Shown here: positions 51,292-62,500 of the stretch, piece by piece
Layout of the letters: each line of letters opens with the position of its first letter
How positions within the stretch are numbered: position 1 is the first letter of the stretch
Source: Entomortierella parvispora E1425
Taxonomy: Eukaryota; Fungi; Mortierellomycota
DNA length: 64,000 nucleotides
Assembly (NCBI GenBank): GCA_020891255.1
Contig: BQFW01000002.1
Location: 434,001 to 498,000 of the forward strand
Direction of reading: 5' to 3'
The notes under the pieces: model-generated
Told to the model about the DNA's origin: nothing
The model's input: the letters and a program-made list of their open reading frames with translations, nothing else
Database searches by the model: none
Program-made: the position numbers and the translations under genes

Positions 51292-54166
51292 TTAGAAGAC
51301 TTGTCTACGTTTGTGTACGGCATTGAAGTGTAGAGGAGCTCTATTAACCATCTGACCAATACACAACGTTGTCTGTTGCAAAATGGAGGTGATGTCCTCC
51401 ATCTCCTTGTCATCTTTGCTTTGCACGAGGCTAGATAGGATGTTGATCTGCTCTAGAGCTTTAAGCCTCCACTTCGCGGCCTCTCGTTGCAGATGCCTCC
51501 GTTCTTCATCTTCGTCGTCCCCTGTTACTATTGATTCTGTCCCTCCCAAAACGACAGCAGCCGTTTCTTCTCCAGGCTCAATGCCAGCCAATAGCTTGTC
51601 CTTAGTGTCCTTTGACTCTGGAAGCACAATAGTTGTCATGGACCCATGAAAGTTGTTGTCAACTGGTAGTTGAATGTTTGGAAACATGAGGGTAGCAGCA
51701 ATGATATGTTTGCAAGGCTGAAGACGGCGCTTGAAGTCAGGGCACTCACAGGCCCGAATTGTGGGTGGATATGTCGTATGAATTGCAGTGATCTCGTACT
51801 CACTCCCATCAGACTTATCAAACGAGGTAATCCAGAGACGGTTCGAAAGGGTGTCATGTCGGAAGAGCTGGAGCCTTTGTTGAGCGGTCAAGTTCCTGAA
51901 ACGACGCTGCACAGAAATCAATCGATCCTGATATTCTTTTGTATTTTTTGATTGCCGTCCGAGGTTCAACGTAGCTGTGTTGATAATACTCTGGAAGTAT
52001 TCGACGACAGCACCAGAGAGTACATTGATCACAGTGTCAAGCCGGGGACTCTTGTTGTCTCGCAGGAACTTCGATTTCAGTTGACTGTGCCAGCTCTCCA
52101 CATAGTTGTTGGTGTTGATGTCGGCCCAATATACATCACTCCGGTATGCGCGCATCCACTGTTCTCGCTTCTCCAGAGTAAAGCTGGTAGTGTCAAGGTA
52201 TTCGAGGACTTCCGTGTAAGCACTGTCTAGCGTTAGAGCCTGGCGAAGGCTTTGCTGGAGTAGAGAGGCCTGGTCGGGATCTTGAGTGTACATCATACGG
52301 CGCAACATCTTGAAGATCACCTCGCGGGATTTGTCATACTGACGCTTTAGTTGTGCCTTCTCGTCTTTGTTCTTGCCGGTCATATCTGGATGGATCTTGC
52401 CAGGGAGAGCTCGAGCCCATGCGCGCTGAACGTGCCAGAGGCAGAGCTGAATCTTGACATCATCGAAGGCATAGTTGATGGCATTCTTCTCGATGTAGCT
52501 GTCGTCAACCACAATTGTTTTCACAATGCAATACGGCTTGTTTGACCCTTCTTGAACCATGAGTTGGCACCGCACATGACTCAGCCAAAGGCTAAGAGCC
52601 GAAGCTGACATATCACTCGTAAGAAAAAAAGCTACTGGTATTCCTTTTCCAGAGGAGTGCGCAACCACAATTGTGTAAAGTTGCGTGTTGTCATGACGGG
52701 TTGTTCCATGGGTGGCATCAATGCTAAAGCCAGCGCCGAATTGTTGCAGCATCTTCCGCTGCCAAGGGGATATAAATCCAAATCCAAACCGTTCCTTGGG
52801 ACCAGTCTTGGCAGTTGGCGGTTCAATTGGCTGTTTATCGGGTGCAACGGATTCAATAAAAGCAGCCAATCGACCCTGCTCGAGATTTAGGCCGACAGCC
52901 ATTTTCTCAATGAGTGCAAAAGCCACTCTGTCTGATGTAGGAGTGGGATTCTTACCACGGGCAGGTTTCCGAGGAGCGTCTCGTTTCATTCGACCATTAT
53001 CCACCAAGATATCCCTTCCCCCAAAACTGCTGGAAGAAGACCAAGCACCATCAGGTGCCTCATCGTATTCAAACACGGAGAACCCCTGTTCTCGCAATTT
53101 CGTTCCCCACAGACGCATAGATATTCTCTCATCTTGGTCAAGCTGAGAAGTAATCCGTTGGCGACGAATGTCTATATTATAGATGTCTTCCTTCGTGATG
53201 GCCCTATCTCTAGCACACTGAATATCGAATTGCGACTTGTCCTCCGGCGGCGCTTTCGAAAGCTTTTCATAGATGAACCGACGAGAGTGTCCTGCATCGA
53301 GCATCCTCTCAACCTGTTCCCTTCGCCATTTGGACAGGCGACAATGCCTGATATTCTCGATGGAATTCGTTTGGTGCCCTGTATGGTACGGTCTGTATGT
53401 AACAACGGCCTCTTCTGAGTTCTTGTAATACTTGACGAGAACGTATGACTTACAGCCAACCTTGCCACTGATCTTTTGACGCGGACGCTTCTTGAGTACA
53501 TTCTCTGGAAAATCATCTTGGGTGGGGTCCTCTTTAAGGCTGCAGTCGCTGTCTGTACTAGAGTTGTCGTCTTCTGCTTTAACCTTGGTAGCCGAGCTGC
53601 CCTGTCGCCGGCGCTTCTTAGGGGGTACCAGCGTGCTGGCAGAAGTATCTGACGGAGCATTCGAGGGAGGACTTCGTACTCTTCGACTTCCTCTCCTCCT
53701 TCTTCAGGTATTTGGTTGAAGCAAGACGCCCCTGTTCAAACAGCCAGGGAATGACCATCGATTTGTCCATGCGCTTTTCGATTAGTCGGTTGTGATTAGG
53801 ATGCCGCGGAAGGAGGCCCCCGAAAACCTTGGTCCACAAAGGAACAGGAGCTTCCTGGTCGTTCGGGGGTTCGACGGGTATCTCCAAGTTCTCAGTAACT
53901 TCCGATGAAGACACTGAGGCCGGGTATTCGACATCCTGAGCAGCCTCCTGGATATCCTCATCCTCATTGTCGCTGGAGTCCGAGGATTTATCTGAGAAGA
54001 AGCAGACTTCAAATGCAGGGTCTTCAACGACTGATGGGGTGACAGGGCAATCCTGTGGGGCCACATAGGTCTAACAGGAAGACAAAAGTGTGTCGATATC
54101 ATTAGTATCCACATATCTCAATTAGCCTACTGCGAGACATGCCATGCCATACCATACCTCTTCCAT
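51292..54166 (-). pseudogene. MULE transposase with WRKY/GCM1-like DNA-binding domain, DDE core and SWIM finger; interrupted by CCC-TAA at 53623-53618
   Basis: Exon 1 MEE (54166-54158) spliced to TYVAPQD. In the +1 frame after the stop: SGKVGCKSYV...YHTGH, FSIDATHG, IVVDDS, LCLWHVQRAW, TNNYVESWHSQLK, CECPDFKRRLQPCKHI. Confidence 0.88.
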
Positions 54167-54441
54167 GTTGCAGGACTATATCGCGTAAGGGCCTCGCGTT
54201 GCCTGGTGAATGGAACGTGTTAATTCAGGTTGCATTTCTTCTCTAATTCTTTTTGTTGATCCGTCCTTCAATAGAGCTACAGCCTACCTGGCAACGCTAC
54301 TGTTGTCTGGGGTATGAGGGGAGGGTGAGGGGAGGGTAAGGGAAGAAGCAAAGGTGTTGTGAGGGACGGTCAGGAACGTTTGTTTTTGTGCATTGTGATG
54401 ACGTGCTGATTTTGTGCACTAAGGGAGAACTCAGGTCAATG

Positions 54442-54467
54442 CACGTGATGGCACGTGGTGGCACGTG
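54442..54467. promoter_or_regulatory. Three CACGTG motifs at exact 10-bp spacing in the MULE subterminal/promoter region
   Basis: GCACGTGATG GCACGTGGTG GCACGTGATA. Confidence 0.5.
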
Positions 54468-54504
54468 ATATTTGGTGGCAATGTTTTTATGGGGGGCACA
54501 TATC

Positions 54505-54513
54505 AACTTTGTC
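54505..54513 (+). repeat. Right 9-bp TSD of the MULE (AACTTTGTC)
   Basis: Identical to 49826-49834. Confidence 0.9.
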
Positions 54514-54738
54514 CTTAATGTCACGTGCTTCGCGGACCCCACCGGCCATGCGACAAACGTCCTTAGCCTCACGCCCTCCCAGCAACATCGGAAGCGCTAC
54601 ATAGACAGACACACACTCTTCACAGGGATCCTAAGATACCTGACAATAAACTGCAAAAATGATTTTTATGATCTATGATATTGTACAAACTACTTCCTGG
54701 CTATGATCTAACTCGTGGACGCTCATTTCTAGGGCTGT

Positions 54739-55571
54739 TTACTTTCTGTTACGAGCGTAGAACTCATAGGCAAGAGCGTGCATCTGTGGTGGGAAAGGAC
54801 TTGGGATCTCAGTCTTTCCTGGGCGAGAGATGGGAGAGCGAAGGAAACAGGTCGAGCAAGTGTTGTAGTTAACCTCCAGGTAATCAGGGACGAAAAGGAA
54901 AGGCTGAGAGTAAGGTGCGGGGACGAACTCCATGCCTGACTTGTCAGCAGCAGCCTCCTCGCCTTCCTCAGTAGCAGTGGATTTGGTCTTCTTCAGAGTA
55001 GAGACAGCTTTGGGGTCCACTGTGATGATATCTCCATCCGTGACACGGTGGGAGGGGAAAGGCATCTAAATAGCAGATCGGATTGACATTGGTTAAAATC
55101 CAGAGTCCGTGTTTTGGTAGGTATCACTCTAGTAGATCAATTAACAATCCCTTCTAGCAGTCGACTTACGGTCTTTCCATTGATGGTGACCTTTCCGTGG
55201 CCAACAAGCTGACGGGCAGCATAGATACTGGGTGCAAAGTTGCTTCTGAACACGATGAAATCCAGGCGACGCTCCATCTCAGCAAAGGTCAAAGAGAAAA
55301 CTGGAGGATGGGGCTCGACACCTCCGACCTTGGTGTTAGCAGTAGGAAGGCGGGTTTTGAACATGGACTGCCATTGACGTTCCGTGATCTGATCTCCATG
55401 GTAGGCACGGGTATCCTTCTTCGCAGCCCACTTTTGCTGGTACAGAGTTTTGTTGGCATTGTTGACGGTTCTGGTGCGCTGAGTCAAGTTGAAGAGGTTG
55501 TACTTGTTCCAGGACATGCGCAACATCTGTCTACGCAGGGAAAAGTTGGGGATCGTGGCATTGCGGACCAT
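54739..55571 (-). CDS. NAM9: Mitochondrial ribosomal protein uS4m (2 exons)
   Basis: [39 protein letters not shown]4 domain [34 protein letters not shown], and [20 protein letters not shown]. Confidence 0.92.
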
Positions 55572-56253
55572 GGTGGCGGATTGATCTGTCGAGAGGAGAT
55601 GTCGAGACTGATGAATGGACGATCAGCAATGCAAACAACGGACATCCAGGGGATTTTGGTCCCTTCGGGACCGAAAACTATGACGTCACACATTTAGTCG
55701 GTATCACGTGATTTTTGAAATCGGACTCTTTTCGAGGTTGGACGAGCTTGCTGTCAGGTTTTGTTGCATAGGACACACCATCATGATCCACAGCTGTCAA
55801 TCTTGGGTATTAGGGCACTTATATCAACCTTTCTGTGGATTAACAGATTAACAGTACCTTTTTCACTGAGTTCCAAGGTAAAGGTAAAAAAAGGAAAAAA
55901 AAAGATAAGTGGGATACATTAGAAAAAGGGAGTCACGGGGTTTCGTTGGCGCCTTTGCCACGCACTTCGCACTTCGCGCCTTTTCTCAGTTCTTTGACCA
56001 CATCCATCAGTACCATTCATTCCAATTCCCAGACAGCAACTGGATCATCGGCACAGTAGATACAAGAGCCACCTTTGACCACAACCAGGACAGTGTTAAC
56101 AGAAAGAGCATGAACCGTCCTACCGCGTTTTCGGCAGCCCCCAACCCTTTGTTCAGTCTTCCAAGAATCCCTTACTACTTTACCATCACCCCATATCCAC
56201 TCAACTGTCAAGGACTACAGACCAACAGCTCTTTGGCGTCTTCTCCACGAAGG

Positions 56254-56982
56254 ATGAAGCGCCGATTTGATGCGGATAGGAACAGCAGAGGTACCAGGAA
56301 TACCCCCTACTCTTCGTCCGATCAGATCCCGCTTTCGAGCGCAGTTGACCAACCTCCACACCCAGGTACTTCGCAAAATATCCATCTCCACCAACATGGC
56401 GGTGCAGGACACGTGTATCCTGAGGCTGGTAGCCCCGAAGAGCGCGATTCTGGACCAGAGAGCATCGATGGACGGGTCCTCAAACGAATGCGTCTCATCA
56501 AACTGGACTCCATGTAAGCAGAAGTGTGATTTTTATCGAAAAGATTGGTGGCAAATTATTGACGATGTGAGCTTTTTTTTTTCTCAGGTCACCACCAGCA
56601 GATGTGCCACGAAGCCCACAGAGCGACAGCTCAAGACTTTCGCCAACTATCCTCGACCTTGAACAAGGATCCTTTGGCACAGGTCTCGTCAAAAGGATTT
56701 CACCTATCAAGATATCGACCCGATCGACTATACCCCTGAATAATGAAGAGCGATCGACATTAGAGCAAGTGTCCAATCCTGTGGAAAACGTCGCCTACTC
56801 TGGGATGAATGTGCTTCTACACCAGATTCACGCGTCCCGTTTTGGAATCCCCAGTGAAGGCGACCTAGGGAGTCATTCACTCTATCATCAACACCAGCAA
56901 GAACAACGGCGTGGTAGTCAACATGAACAGCGGCAGCAGCAACTGTATCACCATCAAATACATCACCGACACCAGCAACATG

Positions 56983-57029
<47 letters not shown>

Positions 57030-57446
57030 CCAGATCAATTGCAGCAGGAACAATACCAGGCGCGTGTCAATACTGGCATCCCAGCCACAACATGGCACCA
57101 ACCACCTACCACCTACGCCGTCAATCAAGTGGATGAAGATGATGAGATGACAGACATGGACGAACAAATGACTAGTGGCGCTACAGGAGCAAACTCGGTC
57201 GATTTTTCACCTTTCCAAGCACAGGCGCCTAGATACCTTCTGACCCAACTTCAGCATCAGCAATACCAACATCATCCATTTGTTCAGCCTTCTACCCCAT
57301 CGAATCATCCAATATCAGCCCAACCGCCGCAGCAACAGCAACATCAAACATACCAGCTGCAAGGGCCAAACCTTTACGAAGACATCAACGCGCAACTCCG
57401 CACTGCGTTCCTGGCTCGCGCGGGTATGGAGCAGCGCTACCGATGA
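56254..57446 (+). CDS. Hypothetical low-complexity polyQ/His protein (2 exons)
   Basis: MKRRFDADR...LKRMRL exon, a GTAAGC...TCAG intron, then the 280-aa ORF with a (CAA)n tract. The start codon is uncertain. Confidence 0.6.
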
Positions 57447-58160
57447 CTCTAAATTTGGCCATGTTTGTTGCTCTGATCTCCTAGTCGAATATTGTACTAT
57501 TTCCCTGTCTTGCCACCATTATTCATTTTCACCTCACCATGCAATCAAGATCAAGAGGACTCAAAGGCAAGTAGCAAAGTCAAACAAAGTTTGAGGAAAG
57601 TGCAGAAAGTAGGAGCACGTATGTCTCAAATTGGCATCATCGTCTGGTAACGGAGTAGCCTTGTTCGTGCTAAATTGCACCCATTGCGGGCCTTGAGATG
57701 TACCGTTGTTCTAGGACATAAAATAAATTTAGTCTCTGGTCAACCAAATGTACTCAAAGTACTCAGAAGCCAGTCCATGGCGAACTCCAACCAGAACGAA
57801 CTACACCCACAATTTGATTTACCATGAATTGCTAATCTACGGCTGTGATGATGTTTGTAACTCTGGAACGTGCACTCTACTCCGTGTGTACCTTGCTTCA
57901 CAACATGTTTCGGGGTGGAGTCAAGACGTCGAAAGTCTCGGCAAGCATGTTGATTGCCTGCCAATGTAGGTTCAGATGCTTGGTTGATCTCTCGTGCACT
58001 CCGTAGATTTTTTTTTTTTTGGCTTCGCACATTTGCAATGGTAACAAGTGTTCATCAAAACCCACAATCCACTGTTTGATGGTGTTTTTTTTCCGGTTGT
58101 ATTGGCATTAGGGTGTAGTAAGTAAAAAATGAATGATTGACTCCTCGCAAAAGTCCTATG

Positions 58161-59248
58161 TTAAACAGGAAGCCTCTGACCACTCATGCGATCAACAACC
58201 TAATGATAACAGAAGCAGAATTTCGAAGAACATGAGAATCGATCGTGTTTACTTCTGAATTAAACAATTTCATTTTACCTTCGAGATTCCGGGTGCACTC
58301 AAAATGTTTCCAATGACTGGCAGTCTCCTCAAGAAGCTAACGATTACCGGGAAGAAATCACTAAAAAAAATAAAAAAAAAAGGAGAGGATGAGGAGCAGG
58401 CCCAAGGTTGTGCGCAGGGATCAATAGCTGGACAAAGAACATCGTTCCCGAAAACCGAGTAGGATCTGTGTCGTCGTCTTTTCCCCGCTCATAGTGTTTG
58501 TTCCCTACCCAAAAAGGTTGATGAATCCAAACAGCTCGACAATGACTCCAATGATGGGCCACTTGACAAAGACCAAAAGGATGCCTCCAAAGAAGCAGAC
58601 TGTCCCACGAATCTTTTGCTTCCTGGCAAAGAAATATAATGTCTTTTGGGTCCCAATGACCAAGGTCAGTCCAGCTAAGAACAGGATCTAGAGGTGAGCA
58701 AGATGTAGAGATAATATCAGAGGCAGGTATAGCACAGGTACTACCGTTTTTGATGAAGTCGGAATAATGGTGAGCAGGCAGTGCTTTGGTTCCATTTCCA
58801 GTCTGCGACATTAATGACGACATGCATCTGATCAGCTCTCTGGAGAATGAGAATGAGTGGTTGCAATCGCCTACATATCTTATTCCTGTATCCATGCCAT
58901 GACCTCAAGATGGTTCCACTAGCTCTTCTCTTCCGCTCCAAATATGTTTGTCGTTACTGGTTCCAGGTCCATCTCCTTGGCACCACTTTGAAATCAAGTA
59001 ATGACCGTAGTCCTGAAGCCGCTTACGTTTCCAATGGCCAGCAATCCTCCGTCAAAGAACATCATCACGCCCATCAGCATGAAGAACAATCCAAAGGCTG
59101 TCAAGCCCACGCCTATCTCTATGGAGGAAGAGAAATGAGCAAAGGTTTCATTTAGAACATGAAAGAAAAGACCTTCAGATGCATGCTCCTTCTGTTACGA
59201 TTAGGTCGTTGTTAAAAATGCCGTACTCTGTGTATCTGTGAGCCACAT
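58161..59248 (-). CDS. GOT1: Got1/Sft2-family Golgi transport membrane protein (5 exons)
   Basis: MWLTDTQ|KIGVGLTAFGLFFMLMGVMMFFDGGLLAIGN|ILFLAGLTLVIGTQKTLYFFARKQKIRGT...FINLFG|DFFPVIVSFLRRLPVIGNIL...|VVDRMSGQRLPV*. Confidence 0.93.
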
Positions 59249-59540
59249 AATAATGTCGTCAAATGTCTGTGCGGGTTGATGAAGGAATGGAGGGAAACAA
59301 GAGCGGATGAACGACGAACTCTTGGCCGCTGCACTCCGTCCCTTTTCAATTTTTTTCGATCGGCTCAAGCATGTGACTTCCAACGGCCATGTCGCGACAC
59401 GCGTCCTCACTCCTCGCGTTCGTTTGCATGGGATGCTATTCTCATTGACAACTTTATATATGGATGTATGCTTGTTTTCATAGACTATACGTTCACAACT
59501 TCTCTGCGGCTCATTATCATATTTCTGCTTTGATAGTGTA

Positions 59541-62500
59541 TCAGCCCATCAAGTTCATAAGATGTTCATCTTGTTCTCTCAGCAATTCCTCCATCGATTT
59601 CTCCTCTTCTACTTCATCTTCCGTAAGGTCATTTACGGCAGAGTTCTTCGCAACAGATTGGTACACATGCTGCGTAAGAAGTTCTTTGGGAATGCCTCGT
59701 AGAACACGAGTCTTGTTTCCGCTCAAGCCGCTACCTCCTCGACTGCTAATTTTGTCAAACGGCCTAGCTGGGGTCACAGTGGGAGAGGATCCAGAAGCGG
59801 CGACGACTGCAGCGGCAACAGAGCTCTGGTGGATCAACAGACTCTCGACCTCCGACTCGAGACTCATGATCTCCTCCTTTACTAATTCTTCCTCGCTAAA
59901 GGCCTGTGAGGTTGCCTCATCGGTCATATGTTGTTCTGTCGGTCCGACAATCGTGTTAACCGTCCCAGCGGAAGGCAATGGTGGCCTTGAAGGAGCCTTG
60001 ACAGTCGCATTCATTTTTTCTTTCTCTTCCTCATCTTCTTCCTCATCTTCTTCTCCCACACGCTCCACATCGATCCTATATAGCGAAGCTCGATGGTGGT
60101 GCGGGTGAGGTACAAGGCCAGACCTCAGGCGTGGGTAGAACGGTGAAGCGGAACCAGGAGTGACAACTGCTGGCGCGACATGGCTGGTACCGCCAGCAGT
60201 GTTGACACTCATCAGCTTTCCAAAAACGCCATTATGAGGGAAGGATGTCGTGGACGAAGTTGGGGACGTCGGGGCAGAGACGCGCCTGGGGTTTCGTTGA
60301 AGGTGATGTTGAATCTCGGCAGCAGTCTCTTGGTGTTGTTCGATACAGTCTAAACACACCCGAATGGCTTTACCACCAGCCGTGACACCTAGTTCGCCAG
60401 TAATGCCACCGATATTGACAATCGTACCCCCTCCATGTCCACTTCCACCTCCTCTAGCCACGGCCAAAAGTCCTTGTTCGCCAAACAGTCCCGCATCCTT
60501 CATCTGACAACATTTCCAACAAATTACTCGGCCACAAAGACGGCAGTGATGCTTTCGGACCAAGACTCCAAACTTGGTAATGCTACACACCATGCAGATC
60601 GCCGCGTCCTCATCCCGAACCCACCCGGTGATATTCCTGACCGCTGCAGTTGAACTATGACTGCTCGATGTTGGTATTAACGATGCCAGACTCGCGGACG
60701 ATATTCGGTTGTGGTTCAAATTACTGGGCGTGATTGTTGAAGTCAGATCCATGGCTAGACTGCGAGCTGGATCATCCAGTGAAGATTTGGACGCTTTCAT
60801 GGCCAACAGGGCTTCCGCAGAGACCTCTTCTACTTTCTGATCACCTTCAGTTCCATCCAAGTCAGTATGCAAATGGACAATATCTGCCGCTGAAACAGCC
60901 CTGCGTGTAGGTCGTGTCGTATCGCTCTGGTAATTGCTAGCTTTCAGGAACCAAATTGGATCAAAAGAAGAGCCAGACGATGATCTGTCAATAACAGCAG
61001 AGGATCTCTGCGATTGATAGCCTGAATTGGAGGGGGACGAAGAACCTCCACCAGCGTTGCCAACATTCGACGCCACTGCATGCTGAGAGAGTCGATTTTG
61101 GAGAATTTGTTGTTGGTGGTGATGGTACTGAAGAGCCTTGGCTGCATTTGTCCCTTTGAGCGTGGCGTAGGACGCTGAGGATGCCGTGGATGCGTCCTTG
61201 CCGTGATCTGAGGTGGAGGAAAATGAAGGAAACGATCCTCCATTCATCGCAAACGAGAATAGACTTCCTGCCATGGACTGAGGTCGGTTCAAGTGCTGCT
61301 GGTATTGGTGGAGGTCAAATGCTCCTCCTGGAGAGACCAAAGGTGAAGATGTCAGTGTTCCCGTCCCATCAAATGTATTTGGTACACTTCCGTTGCTAGG
61401 ACTGCCTGTGCCACTGCTATAGTAGTTATGACCCATAGCGCCGTTTCCATTTGGCCTAATTGTTGATCCAAGGTTGAGTCCATTATGTAGTCCCCATGTC
61501 TTCAGGAATGACGTGTCGAAGGAGAAGGCTGAATGGCGCTTGAACTTTTTCAAGTCGGCAAGGTATTTCGACTGGAAGAGTAGGTGATGTTTGTGCGCCA
61601 AAATGGTCTCGTTCAGGAGTTTCAAGAACCCATCACGAAGCTGAGCCGATTCAAAAAGGACGATGCAGGCAAAGTGGGGTCCTGTTACTTTCAATAAAGG
61701 TCGCTCTATGATCGCCAGATGCGTAGGTTAATTACGGGTTAGGTGTAATATGACAAACTAGAAAAAAAAAAGAGGTGATAGAGCGATTGACTTACCATCC
61801 TTCTCAACAGCGTCCGCCTGAACCTGGGTGAGCCTACATATCTTCTGGTTTTTTAAATATCCAGCGTAGGGGTTCCTCATGATTGCCGAGTCTGTGGCAG
61901 AGAGAACTCCCTTTTCACCCTCAGGCTCAAGGCTCAGGGCATTTAGAGTGGGTGAGCCTTGATCGAAAGTACTAGTAGTGGAGTCTGTATCGTCATCCCT
62001 TTGTTCTTCGTCCACATCTTCCTGTCCTTCAGGTTTGAGCTCTTCCATCATGCACGGGTCCATGATGTCTTCCTTGGCTGCCATTGTCGAGCTCGCCAGA
62101 AGAGAGCCAATCTTGGTACCACTGACCAGTACATCCGAGAAGAGATAAAGTTGCTAAGAATACGATGAACACCGTCAGTATAGCCGAGAATACCAATTCC
62201 AATTGCGTGCCATTCGATGCTGGGAGCCTAAAGTACCATTTCTTCTTGAGAGTCGTCAGTTTCTATCCGCTGGACACTTGCTGAGTGCACTAATATCCTA
62301 CCGTTGGCTAGCAGTGGCTAGAGTTGGAGGGAAAAAGTTCAAGCGATCAGGAGACACGTTTTTTTTGAAACACCTGTACGTCAAGGACATGCCTCTCACC
62401 CTTTCGCCCTTACCTTGCCCTCGTCAAAACCATATTCGATTTCACAGATCCGATGGAATTCTCCAAAGCGAATGTTGCGGCTCGGACGGTCCTGACGCCG

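Larger units (their letters stand above)
49835..54504 (-). mobile_element. Mutator-like (MULE) DNA transposon with SWIM transposase, 4.67 kb, degenerate or no TIR
   Basis: Bounded by a perfect 9-bp TSD, GA...TC termini and a MULE transposase gene. Confidence 0.88.

Noticed and set aside
42936-54505. One single 11.6-kb element bounded by the ACTTTGTCC TSD
   Set aside because: An internal right TIR ending at 49826 and a second exact 9-bp duplication (AACTTTGTC) are better explained by two sequential insertions.
59464-60108. 214-aa + strand ORF
   Set aside because: Antisense to the PH-FYVE coding exon.
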